This document shows positions 37,089-45,813 of a stretch of 64,000 nucleotides of DNA, in pieces. The stretch lies in NCBI GenBank assembly GCA_016186625.1, contig JACPLG010000005.1, forward strand, positions 36,954-100,953. The letters are read 5' to 3'. Source of the DNA: Candidatus Levyibacteriota bacterium. GTDB taxonomy: Bacteria; Patescibacteriota; Microgenomatia; Levybacterales; UBA12049. Within the stretch, counting starts at the first letter, position 1; each line of letters starts with the position of its first letter. The translations under genes and the position numbers were made by a program. The notes under the pieces were generated by a model that saw only the letters and a list, made by a program, of their open reading frames with translations, had not been told where the DNA came from and did not search any database.

Positions 37089-38123
37089 ATGGCTGGAATT
37101 GTTAGTTACGGAGCATACATCCCTAAATATAGAATTAAACTTTCTGAAATTGTCAAGGTCTGGCAAAAAGATGAAGAAGAAATAATAGGTGGCCTTAAAG
37201 TCTTGGAAAAAAGTGTCCCGGGAGTTGATGAGGATGCAGTGACAATTGGAATTGAGGCAGGAAAAAGAGCTCTTGAGATGGCTGGACTCGCTCCTTCGAA
37301 AATTGGATGTGTTTACTTTGGATCCGAAAGCCATCCATATGCTGTTAATCCTTCATCTTCAATTGCGGCAGAATATCTGGGCATTGGACCGAATTATTTT
37401 GCTGCAGATTTAGAGTTTGCCTGTAAAGCTGCAACAGCCGGGATGCAAGTTGCCAATGCTTTGATTGAAAGCAATAAGATAAAATACGGACTCGCAATTG
37501 GCGCGGACACTGCCCAGGGCAAACCACATGATGCACTCGAATATACTGCAGCAGGCGGTGGTGTTGCTATTATTTTGGGAAAAGGGAGAGAAGTAATTGC
37601 CGAAATTTTAGATACTTCTTCTGTTACTTCGGATACCCCTGATTTTTGGAGAAGAGACGGAATGCGCTATCCTTCACATTTTGGCCGCTTCACTGGAGAA
37701 CCAGCATACTTTATGCATATTGTTTCTGAGGGAAAGAAACTTCTTGAAAAAAGTAAAATTAAACCACAGGACTTTGCCTACGCCGTATTTCATATGCCAA
37801 ACGGAAAGTTTCCTAGAGTTGCTGCTAAGAAATTAGGTTTCACTCCAGAACAAATAGCGCCGGGCCTGGTAGTTAATAGAATCGGCAATCCTTATTCAGC
37901 CTCTTCCCTAATGGGACTGGCCAAAGTTCTGGATATTGCCAAGCCGGGCCAGCGAATATTTTTTGTTTCATATGGATCAGGAGCAGGCTCTGACGGGTTT
38001 ATTTTTGAGACAACAAAAAATATAGTTTCAAAACAAAAAAAGACTGTACCGGTTGAGGTACAAATTGAAGACAAAATATACATTGACTACCCAACATATC
38101 TCAAGTTTACCCACACACTATGA
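37089..38123 (+). CDS. hydroxymethylglutaryl-CoA synthase, archaeal type
   Basis: MAGIVSYGAYIPKYRIKLSEI N-terminus, catalytic Cys block (FACKAATAG), and a ~345 aa thiolase-fold size. Confidence 0.85.
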   Translation: MAGIVSYGAYIPKYRIKLSEIVKVWQKDEEEIIGGLKVLEKSVPGVDEDAVTIGIEAGKRALEMAGLAPSKIGCVYFGSESHPYAVNPSSSIAAEYLGIGPNYFAADLEFACKAATAGMQVANALIESNKIKYGLAIGADTAQGKPHDALEYTAAGGGVAIILGKGREVIAEILDTSSVTSDTPDFWRRDGMRYPSHFGRFTGEPAYFMHIVSEGKKLLEKSKIKPQDFAYAVFHMPNGKFPRVAAKKLGFTPEQIAPGLVVNRIGNPYSASSLMGLAKVLDIAKPGQRIFFVSYGSGAGSDGFIFETTKNIVSKQKKTVPVEVQIEDKIYIDYPTYLKFTHTL

Positions 38124-39259
38124 TACACATATTGGGCGTTGCAACCACTGAATTTGGAGAACTTTGGAAGAAGTCTCCAAGAGCTTTAGCAAAACAGGCT
38201 GCGGAGGGAGCGCTGGAAGACGCAGGGCTAAAAATTAGTGATATTGATGCTTTGTTTGTAGGAAACATGCTTGCGGGAATTCTTGGAAATCAGGCAAATC
38301 TTGGTTCTTTATTTGCAGAAGAGCTAGGTTTGAGCGTCCCTGCGATAAGAGTTGAAGGGGCATGTGCTTCAGGTGGATTAGCACTTCATAGCGGCGTTAA
38401 TGGTATTTTATCAGGTCAATACAAAACCGTGCTGGCTTTGGGAGTTGAGAAGATGACAGACTCAGGACAGGATGAAGTTACAACAGGACTTATGGCCGCA
38501 GGGTCTGACAGTGAAAGAATGGCGGGCGCAACTTTTCCGGGGATTTATGCCCTTATGGCCCAGGCGTATTTGGAAGAATTTGGAATCTCTGAAGAAACCT
38601 TGGCCGGAGTTTCTGTTAAAAACCATTACCATGGGAGTCTTAACGACAAAGCGCAATTCCGCCGCGTGGTGACAGTTGAAGATGTTATGAGTAGCGGGCG
38701 AATTGCAGACCCACTGAAGCTTTTAGACTGTTCTCCTATTTCCGATGGGGCATCGGCAGTAGTGATAAGCTCGGAAAATTTAAGAAAAAGAAAACCCGTT
38801 TATGTCAGCGCCTCAGAAGTTGCCACAGACACTCTTGCTCTTCACGATAGAAAATCTTTCACGTCTTTGTCATCGGTTGTGAGAGCGTCCAAAAATGCTT
38901 ATAAAAAAGCAGGAATTAGCCCGTCGGACGTTGACGTTTCGGAAATTCATGATTGTTTTTCAATTGCCGAGGCAATTGCCGTTGAGGATTTAGGTTTTTC
39001 AAAAAGAGGAGAGGGTGCCAAAGATATTGCAACGGGAAAAATGACTTTAGGCAAGGGTAAAGTTATTACAAATCCCTCAGGTGGGCTTAAAGCATGCGGG
39101 CACCCCGTGGGAGCAACAGGGATTAAGCAGATTGTTGAGATTACCCAGCAGCTAAGAGGTGAGGCAGGAGGCAGGCAAGTAAAAAGAGCAAAAATAGGAT
39201 TAACTCATAATGTGGGAGGATCAGGAGCAGTAGCAGTAATCCACATTCTCAAAAATTGA
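38120..39259 (+). CDS. acetyl-CoA acetyltransferase (archaeal-type thiolase that partners HMG-CoA synthase)
   Basis: GACASGGLALH active-site Cys region and a C-terminal GHPVGATG motif. Start overlaps the HMGS stop. Confidence 0.85.
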   Translation: MIHILGVATTEFGELWKKSPRALAKQAAEGALEDAGLKISDIDALFVGNMLAGILGNQANLGSLFAEELGLSVPAIRVEGACASGGLALHSGVNGILSGQYKTVLALGVEKMTDSGQDEVTTGLMAAGSDSERMAGATFPGIYALMAQAYLEEFGISEETLAGVSVKNHYHGSLNDKAQFRRVVTVEDVMSSGRIADPLKLLDCSPISDGASAVVISSENLRKRKPVYVSASEVATDTLALHDRKSFTSLSSVVRASKNAYKKAGISPSDVDVSEIHDCFSIAEAIAVEDLGFSKRGEGAKDIATGKMTLGKGKVITNPSGGLKACGHPVGATGIKQIVEITQQLRGEAGGRQVKRAKIGLTHNVGGSGAVAVIHILKN

Positions 39260-39260
39260 C

Positions 39261-39563
39261 ATGATTACAACACCGGTAAAACTTTGGAGAAGACAAAAAG
39301 AAGTAGCCAGACATTTAGGACGGGAAGGTAAAATAATTTCTTGGACAATTATTAGAGTTCCTCCAAAAGCCTTTCTCAATGAAACACCCTATCCTGTTGT
39401 GATAGTTAAGATGGAAAATGGAGAAAAAATGATTGGACAGCTTGTAGACTGGCAAGATGAAGATTTGGCAGTTGGCAGAAAAGTCGTGGCAGTACTAAGA
39501 CGCTTGTTTTCAGGCGATAGCGAGAGTATAATTGCCTACTATATTAAGTTTAGGCCTATATGA
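39261..39563 (+). CDS. DUF35 OB-fold/zinc-ribbon-like scaffold protein of the thiolase-HMGS complex
   Basis: ~100-aa protein directly after the thiolase, as in archaeal thiolase/HMGS/DUF35 operons. Has the KMENGEKMIGQLVDW OB-like segment. Confidence 0.65.
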   Translation: MITTPVKLWRRQKEVARHLGREGKIISWTIIRVPPKAFLNETPYPVVIVKMENGEKMIGQLVDWQDEDLAVGRKVVAVLRRLFSGDSESIIAYYIKFRPI

Positions 39564-40615
39564 AGAGTATAAGAATCTCTGCCCCCGGGAAGCTACATTT
39601 ACTTGGAGAACATGTTGTTGTCTATAACAAGCCGGCAATTCTTGCAGCGGTTGATAAAAGATGTTTTGTAGAAATAACTCCTAGAAAAGATAAGAAAATT
39701 AAAGTATTGTCTCGAAATTACAATACTTCGACACTACGTCGTATCGAAGAAATTGTCGAAAAGTTTGAGAAAGCCCAAAAAGACTGGGAAACTTATAATG
39801 AAAATAATGACGTTTCTCTTTTGAAATCAATTACCAAGGACCCACTGGATTATCCTCAAGCAATAGTCGGACAATTTTTAAATTATTATAAAATAAAGAA
39901 AGTTGAAGGATTTGATTTAGTTATTGATTCACAGATTCCTGTTGGGTCCGGAATGGGATCATCTGGTGCTTTGTCTGTTTCAATAATCGGAGCATTGTCT
40001 TTGTTTGCGGGTAAACCTTTTAATAAAAAGATAATTAACGAAATTGCATTTTTGGCAGAGCAAAAGAAACATGGCAAGCCTTCAGGGGGAGATAATTCAA
40101 CAAGCTGCTATGGAAAATTAGTCTGGTTTAAAAAAGACGAGGGGATAAAACCATTAGGTTTTGGAGTTTCAGAAAAGATTTCAAAGAATTTCTATGTTAT
40201 AAACACAGGCACGCCTAAAGAGACAACTGGGGAGATGGTGAGTCGAGTTCGCGATCTATTCTCAAAACGAGAATTATTTGTCCAGGAGATTCTGGATAGA
40301 CAGGAAGAACTGGTAAAAGATTTGAAATTGGCTCTTGAAAAAAATATTCCGAGACAAGTTCCAGGTATTATAAAAAACGGAGAAAGAAATCTCCAAAAAT
40401 TAGGAGTTGTCTCGCCTTTTGTTCGGGGTTTAATCAGAAAAATAGAGGAAAGCGGTGGAGCTGCTAAAATCTGCGGAGGGGGAGGAAAAACCAAAGCAAC
40501 AGGAATAATTTTGATTTATCACACTGACTTGCAAAATCTTAAAAAAGTGCTACAATCCCACAATCTAAATCCAACTCAGCTTACATTGGGAGTTGAAGGA
40601 TTAAGAAAAGAATAA
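39560..40615 (+). CDS. mvk: mevalonate kinase (GHMP kinase)
   Basis: SAPGKLHLLGEHVVVYNKPAI N-terminus and GHMP motif PVGSGMGSSGALSV. Confidence 0.8.
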   Translation: MKSIRISAPGKLHLLGEHVVVYNKPAILAAVDKRCFVEITPRKDKKIKVLSRNYNTSTLRRIEEIVEKFEKAQKDWETYNENNDVSLLKSITKDPLDYPQAIVGQFLNYYKIKKVEGFDLVIDSQIPVGSGMGSSGALSVSIIGALSLFAGKPFNKKIINEIAFLAEQKKHGKPSGGDNSTSCYGKLVWFKKDEGIKPLGFGVSEKISKNFYVINTGTPKETTGEMVSRVRDLFSKRELFVQEILDRQEELVKDLKLALEKNIPRQVPGIIKNGERNLQKLGVVSPFVRGLIRKIEESGGAAKICGGGGKTKATGIILIYHTDLQNLKKVLQSHNLNPTQLTLGVEGLRKE

Positions 40616-40616
40616 T

Positions 40617-41699
40617 ATGACAGTTACTGAACAAGTAGACAGGAGAGGCCCAAGTGGTCCGAAATTTCATGATGAATCTTTAATGCCAGTTACGATGGGT
40701 ACTCCTTATCGTGTTCCAGATTATGCTTATCCGAATTGGGGCTTGGTGTATGAAGGAGAAGAAAAAGCTACTGCCGCATACAGAGCTGAGTGGGCAGAGG
40801 GTAACAAAGATCAACTTGGCTTAGTAACGAGAGCAATAGTAGAAGCGGGTTATGGAAATTTTCCTGCGCTTCTTAGGGAATCTGCCGCAAGAGCTATTAG
40901 GGAATTAGTTACATACAGAGGAGAGTCAGTTAAAATTCTTGATATTGGGGCAGGGCCAGGAACATCTGCGGATGAAGTATATGAAGCCTTAGATTCCGTA
41001 ACGCGAAGCCACACAGATATGTATCTTGTGGATCCTTCTCCAGATAGTCTTGTTGATGCAAAAGTACGCTTAGAAGGAAAAGGAAGATTTAATTTCTTTC
41101 TTCAGGGTTCAGACAGCGATATGTTACCCAATATAGATTCAAACACATTTGATGTAGTTTTGGGTGTGGCGTCAGTTCATCATCACGCTAAAATACCTTT
41201 TGAAGAATACAATCGCGTTCTTAAGCCGGGGGGATTTTTAGTTTTAGCAGATTGGCATCAGCCCTTATGGGAGCACCCGGGATCAGTTTTTGATTTTCTA
41301 GAGCAAATAGATTGGCCAAGAAAAGAAGAAGGATTAGATAATTGGCTGAGGGTTTACCCAAAGGCAGTCAATATGCCGCCACCTCCACGTAACCCTGCTG
41401 ATAGACAAGCTATAATCGAAATTACGGAGTTTTGGAAAGCATATCAAAGAATTTCTAGGGAGGCGAATCTAGGTCCAAATGCAATATGGCCGCTTGAAGG
41501 ACATAGGCCAGTAGCAAGATATGTAAAGGCAATGAAAGAAGCCGGATTCGATCTTGAAACTCCAGATATTGATAGGCTAATTAGGAATGGTGTTATTTCT
41601 CGAAATCCGCATCAAATTCTTCCAGACTCAAGTCTTTTACAGCTTTCTGTTGCACAAAAACCAAGAGATCATGAACGTACAGCAAGAATCGCAGCCTAG
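40617..41699 (+). CDS. class I SAM-dependent methyltransferase, embedded in the mevalonate operon
   Basis: Motif I ILDIGAGPGTSADEV, acidic motif II (MYLVDPSPD) and post-I VLKPGGFLVLADW. Has ~95-aa N-terminal and ~140-aa C-terminal extensions. GC is higher than the flanking genes. Confidence 0.7.
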   Translation: MTVTEQVDRRGPSGPKFHDESLMPVTMGTPYRVPDYAYPNWGLVYEGEEKATAAYRAEWAEGNKDQLGLVTRAIVEAGYGNFPALLRESAARAIRELVTYRGESVKILDIGAGPGTSADEVYEALDSVTRSHTDMYLVDPSPDSLVDAKVRLEGKGRFNFFLQGSDSDMLPNIDSNTFDVVLGVASVHHHAKIPFEEYNRVLKPGGFLVLADWHQPLWEHPGSVFDFLEQIDWPRKEEGLDNWLRVYPKAVNMPPPPRNPADRQAIIEITEFWKAYQRISREANLGPNAIWPLEGHRPVARYVKAMKEAGFDLETPDIDRLIRNGVISRNPHQILPDSSLLQLSVAQKPRDHERTARIAA

Positions 41700-41716
41700 A
41701 ATAAAACAGCTAAAAT

Positions 41717-42808
41717 ATGAGCGCTCCTGTTGAAAGAAGCCAAAGAACTTTACAGAGAAATATGGATCTGTTGATGCGATATCACGTAGCACAATCAGGC
41801 GGAGAAGTTTCAGAAGCGCATAGCCCAACGCATCTCAGAACTACTGCTAGACTTACTGAATTAGGAGGAATTTTGTATGGATTCTCTCCAAGAGAATTTG
41901 ATCTAGCTCACTTTGCAGGAGATTTCCATGATCTGGTTAGGTCACCAAGCGAAGACCCGAGTCTAAAAGATGAGGAAGTTAGCGCCAGACAAGCCGTGCT
42001 AATAATGGAGATGATGAGCGATAGAGGAGTTTTTGCCACTGATTCTCAGGAAAGAGAAGCAGTTAGATTTGCTATTAAAAATCAGGGAAAAGCTCCAATT
42101 TCTTTCCTGGACGGTTCCACAAGAGATGAGGTACCGCAGGATTTGGGTGATAGAATCCATGCAGCACTGTTTATTGCAGATAAAATTGAAGCAAATGGAG
42201 CAAGAGTAATCGCCAGAAGATCGAGTTTTGTAGCGGGAGATAGGCTTCATAATCCAGATGGTGATTGGCAAAAATTTGGTTTTGTTCCGGATAAAGACGA
42301 GGCATTAGTTGTGGCCATTGAGAGTTTGCTCAGACTTGGAATAATAAATCCTCAATATATTTATCCTGGAAAAATAAGGAGAATTATAGACCCATTGTAT
42401 GAGGTTCAAAGAGAATTTGTTAAAGGAGTATTTAAAGCAAAAGGACTTAAAGTAGGAGATGCGGCAAAGCTACTTTTAGAAAGAAAAAGGGATGATGGTA
42501 AAAACATGCTAGAAGCGAGGAAATTATCTGCTCCTGACAACGTTGAGGAGCTTGTCGCTTTTTTGCAAGAAAAAACAGGAATTACAGATGATGCAATTGA
42601 ATCAACAACGGAAGATGTTGCCAATTCGGCTATAGAAACAGTACTTTATTTCAGCAGAGACTATAAAGCAGATTTGGATAGACTGATAGCTGATTGGCTA
42701 CCAAGAGGAGAATCGGCTGAGCGATGGCAACGTCAAATGGTGGAGTATGCAGAAGGAAACTGGTTTAAGCAGGCAAGAGAACAAATTTCTTCTGATACAA
42801 TAAGTTAA
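41717..42808 (+). CDS. HD-domain metal-dependent phosphohydrolase-like protein with a C-terminal extension
   Basis: The His...HD...D pattern (HSPTHL ... HFAGDFHDLVR ... D) is visible in the first 150 aa. The remainder has no recognisable motif. Confidence 0.5.
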   Translation: MSAPVERSQRTLQRNMDLLMRYHVAQSGGEVSEAHSPTHLRTTARLTELGGILYGFSPREFDLAHFAGDFHDLVRSPSEDPSLKDEEVSARQAVLIMEMMSDRGVFATDSQEREAVRFAIKNQGKAPISFLDGSTRDEVPQDLGDRIHAALFIADKIEANGARVIARRSSFVAGDRLHNPDGDWQKFGFVPDKDEALVVAIESLLRLGIINPQYIYPGKIRRIIDPLYEVQREFVKGVFKAKGLKVGDAAKLLLERKRDDGKNMLEARKLSAPDNVEELVAFLQEKTGITDDAIESTTEDVANSAIETVLYFSRDYKADLDRLIADWLPRGESAERWQRQMVEYAEGNWFKQAREQISSDTIS

Positions 42809-43780
42809 GTGAATAAAATAACTGTTTCGGCGCCGGGGAAGTTGATGCTATATGGTGAGCACGCTGTTGTCTATAACCACCCGTGTTTGGTTACCGCAGT
42901 TGACCAGAGAATTCGTTTAACCGCAGAAGTCTTGGAAAGTTCGAACTTCGAACTTGAGGCAAGTGATGTTAAAGTCTCAAATTATAAAAAACCATTAAAT
43001 AAATTAGGAAAAGGGGATATTCCAAAAGGTGCGCAGTTTGTTGAGATAGCGGTAAAAAATACTGCAGAGCAGTACTCAATAAAAAATAAAGGATTAAGAA
43101 TAACTACGAGTTCAGAGTTTTCTTCTAAGTTTGGATTTGGATCATCAAGTGCTTCAACAGTCTGTACTGTTTTTGCACTCTCGAAATTATTTGGTCTGAA
43201 ACTTTCCAAGAAGCAATTGTTCGATATCGCATATAAAACAGTTTTGGACATTCAAGGAAAAGGATCTGGATTTGATGTGGCAGCAGCGGTCTTTGGCGGA
43301 ACAGTTTATTTTGTAACCGGTGGAAAAAAGATTGAGCCATTAAACATCGATAGTCTACCATTGATCGTTGGATACAGTGGAATAAAGGCAGATACTGTAA
43401 CTCTAATTAATCAAGTAAAAGAAAAGTTTGCTGATAATCAAAAAAGACTCGATGAGATATACAATGAGATTGATCGACTTGTTGAGAAAGTAAAACCAAA
43501 AGTTATTAATAAAAGTTGGAAAGCTGTTGGGACAGCTATGTCATCTAACCAAAAACTTCTTAAAGAGCTTGGAGTAAGCATTAAGAAGCTCGACAAAATG
43601 ATTGAAGGTGCAATAAAAGCTGGAGCGTATGGCGCAAAATTATCTGGAGCAGGCGGAGGAGATTGTATGATTGCACTTTCGCCAGAAAAAGTCCGTTCAA
43701 AAGTTGAAAAAGCTATCGAAAAAGCTGGAGGAGAAGTCATCAAAATTACCACAAACGCAGAAGGTGTTAGAATAGAATAA
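42809..43780 (+). CDS. GHMP kinase; candidate phosphomevalonate kinase (or second mevalonate-family kinase)
   Basis: SAPGKLMLYGEHAVVYNHP N-terminus and GHMP motif FGFGSSSASTV. Sits between mvk and the decarboxylase gene. Confidence 0.6.
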   Translation: MNKITVSAPGKLMLYGEHAVVYNHPCLVTAVDQRIRLTAEVLESSNFELEASDVKVSNYKKPLNKLGKGDIPKGAQFVEIAVKNTAEQYSIKNKGLRITTSSEFSSKFGFGSSSASTVCTVFALSKLFGLKLSKKQLFDIAYKTVLDIQGKGSGFDVAAAVFGGTVYFVTGGKKIEPLNIDSLPLIVGYSGIKADTVTLINQVKEKFADNQKRLDEIYNEIDRLVEKVKPKVINKSWKAVGTAMSSNQKLLKELGVSIKKLDKMIEGAIKAGAYGAKLSGAGGGDCMIALSPEKVRSKVEKAIEKAGGEVIKITTNAEGVRIE

Positions 43781-43782
43781 TA

Positions 43783-44745
43783 ATGAAAGCTACAGCTCAG
43801 ACGCCCTCTAATATAGCATTTGTTAAGTATTGGGGAAGGAAGGACGAAGAATTAAGGCTTCCAGAAAATGGAAGTATTTCCATGAATCTTTCAGGGCTTG
43901 TAACAACTACAACTGTTGAGTTTAGCGATAAGTTCGAGCAAGATGAAATTATTATAAATAGCGTCAAAGAAGATTTAGAAAATAATAGGGCAGTAAAACA
44001 CTTAGACAGAGTTCGATCGCTGGCAAAAATAAACTTAAAAGCAAAAGTTAATACTTCAAATAATTTTCCAACGGGAACCGGCCTTTCCTCATCAGCATCA
44101 GGTTTTGCAGCTCTTACTGTGGCCGCGGCTTCAGCGGCCGGTTTAAAATTATCAGAAAAGGATCTTTCGATATTAGCAAGACAAGGATCAGGATCTGCCT
44201 GCCGTTCAATTCCTGACGGATTTGTTGAGTGGTTGGATGGAGACTCAAGCGATACATCCTATGCTGTTTCCATTTTCCCTCCAGACTACCTTGATATTGT
44301 AGATGTGGTGGTAGTTGTATCAACAGAGAAAAAATTTCTGGCAACTTCTGAAGGACAAAAAACTGCCAGAACCAGCCCCTTTTTTGAAACCAGACTTAAT
44401 TTGATCAGAAATAAAATAAATCGAGTAAAAAAAGCCATCGAGGATAAAAACTTTTCAGAATTCGGAGAATTGATTGAAAGGGAAGCCTTAGAGTTTCACT
44501 CAATTCTGTTTACTTCTGCCCCCCCGTTGTTTTATTGGACACCAGAGACAGTTAAAATTATGAAGTACGTTCAGGCCCTAAGAAGAGAAGGATTGGAATG
44601 TTATTTTACGATTAATACCGGCCAGGATGTCCATGTTATTTGCAAGAAAGAAGACTCAGAAAATGTTTCAAAAAAACTTTCAGAAATTCCGGAAGTTCGA
44701 AATACGATTATTAATTTCCCATCCCCCGGCGCCCATTTGGTTTAA
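43783..44745 (+). CDS. diphosphomevalonate (or phosphomevalonate) decarboxylase, MVD family
   Basis: NIAFVKYWGRKDEELRLPENGSISMNL N-terminus, and a GTGLSSSASGFAAL GHMP-like P-loop. Confidence 0.8.
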   Translation: MKATAQTPSNIAFVKYWGRKDEELRLPENGSISMNLSGLVTTTTVEFSDKFEQDEIIINSVKEDLENNRAVKHLDRVRSLAKINLKAKVNTSNNFPTGTGLSSSASGFAALTVAAASAAGLKLSEKDLSILARQGSGSACRSIPDGFVEWLDGDSSDTSYAVSIFPPDYLDIVDVVVVVSTEKKFLATSEGQKTARTSPFFETRLNLIRNKINRVKKAIEDKNFSEFGELIEREALEFHSILFTSAPPLFYWTPETVKIMKYVQALRREGLECYFTINTGQDVHVICKKEDSENVSKKLSEIPEVRNTIINFPSPGAHLV

Positions 44746-44748
44746 TTG

Positions 44749-45804
44749 TCACATTGTATACGTGAGAAGGGCCATGGTGTTGTTTTCGTGTACCCCAAGC
44801 CCGTCGATTGCATAATATCTTTTTTTCTTTTTCATATTTTCCATGTTCGATATTATAAAACCTTTAGTATAGCTTTCGATTACTCCCGGGTGGATATAAT
44901 ATTTTCTACAAGTTGCCGGTCGATTCCTAAGAAAGTTTGCTACTTCTTTAACTGTTGCTACAATATTTTCTTTTGCGAAATTTTCCTCTTCGGTTATTCC
45001 AAGTTTGTTAAAGCGAATCGCAGCCAAGACTGTCCCGCCCCAAGTCCTGAAGTCTTTTGCGGTAATATCTTCTCCTGTAATTTCTCTTAAATATTCATTA
45101 ACATCATATGAATCAATCGTTTGAATTTGCCCATTTTCATCAAAATATTGGAAAAGATCCTGTCCTGGAATATCTTTAATACGCCTTAGAATTCTGGCAA
45201 CTTTTTTATTTCTTATACTTACCTTGTGATAGACTCCGCTTTTGCCTTTAAACTGGAAAACTACTTTATCAGTGGAATTTACTCTTCCGTGTCTTTTTTG
45301 AAGAGTAGTCAGGCCAAATGAATTATTATCTTCAGCATATTCTTCATTACCAACCCTGATTAGTGTATTTTCAAGCAGCCAAACAACTGTTGCAAGGACT
45401 ATCTCTCGTGTAAGCTTACCTTCCTCCATGTCGTAGCGCACTTTATTTCTTATTTTTGGAAGATGGCGGGCAAAATCCATAATGTGGGTAAATTTTTCTC
45501 CCTGGCTCATTTTTAGGTAGAGCGGATGATAGCGGTATTGTTTTCTTCCTCTTTTGTCATATCCAGTTGCCTGAATGTGGCCATTTGAGTAGGGAGCAAT
45601 CCAGACGTTTTTGTACGCAGGGGGAATCATTAGTTTGTTTATCCGATCAATTGTTGCCTGGTCGGTTATCCTTTTTCCGTCGGTATTAAAATAAACAAAT
45701 TTGTCCCCGATTATTTTGCGTGAGTAGCCGGGCAATTCAACCTTGCTATAGCGAAGACTTACACCTTTTAAGATGTCTTCCGTAGCCATAACCCGATTAT
45801 ACAC
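44749..45804 (-). CDS. DNA topoisomerase IB (bacterial/poxvirus type)
   Basis: N-terminal ELPGYSRKIIGDKFVYFNTDGKRI...YKNVWIAPYSNGHIQATGYDKRGRKQYRYHP resembles the TopIB core. Length ~350 aa. Confidence 0.75.
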   Translation of the reverse strand: MYNRVMATEDILKGVSLRYSKVELPGYSRKIIGDKFVYFNTDGKRITDQATIDRINKLMIPPAYKNVWIAPYSNGHIQATGYDKRGRKQYRYHPLYLKMSQGEKFTHIMDFARHLPKIRNKVRYDMEEGKLTREIVLATVVWLLENTLIRVGNEEYAEDNNSFGLTTLQKRHGRVNSTDKVVFQFKGKSGVYHKVSIRNKKVARILRRIKDIPGQDLFQYFDENGQIQTIDSYDVNEYLREITGEDITAKDFRTWGGTVLAAIRFNKLGITEEENFAKENIVATVKEVANFLRNRPATCRKYYIHPGVIESYTKGFIISNMENMKKKKRYYAIDGLGVHENNTMALLTYTM

Positions 45805-45813
45805 AATTTCAAA

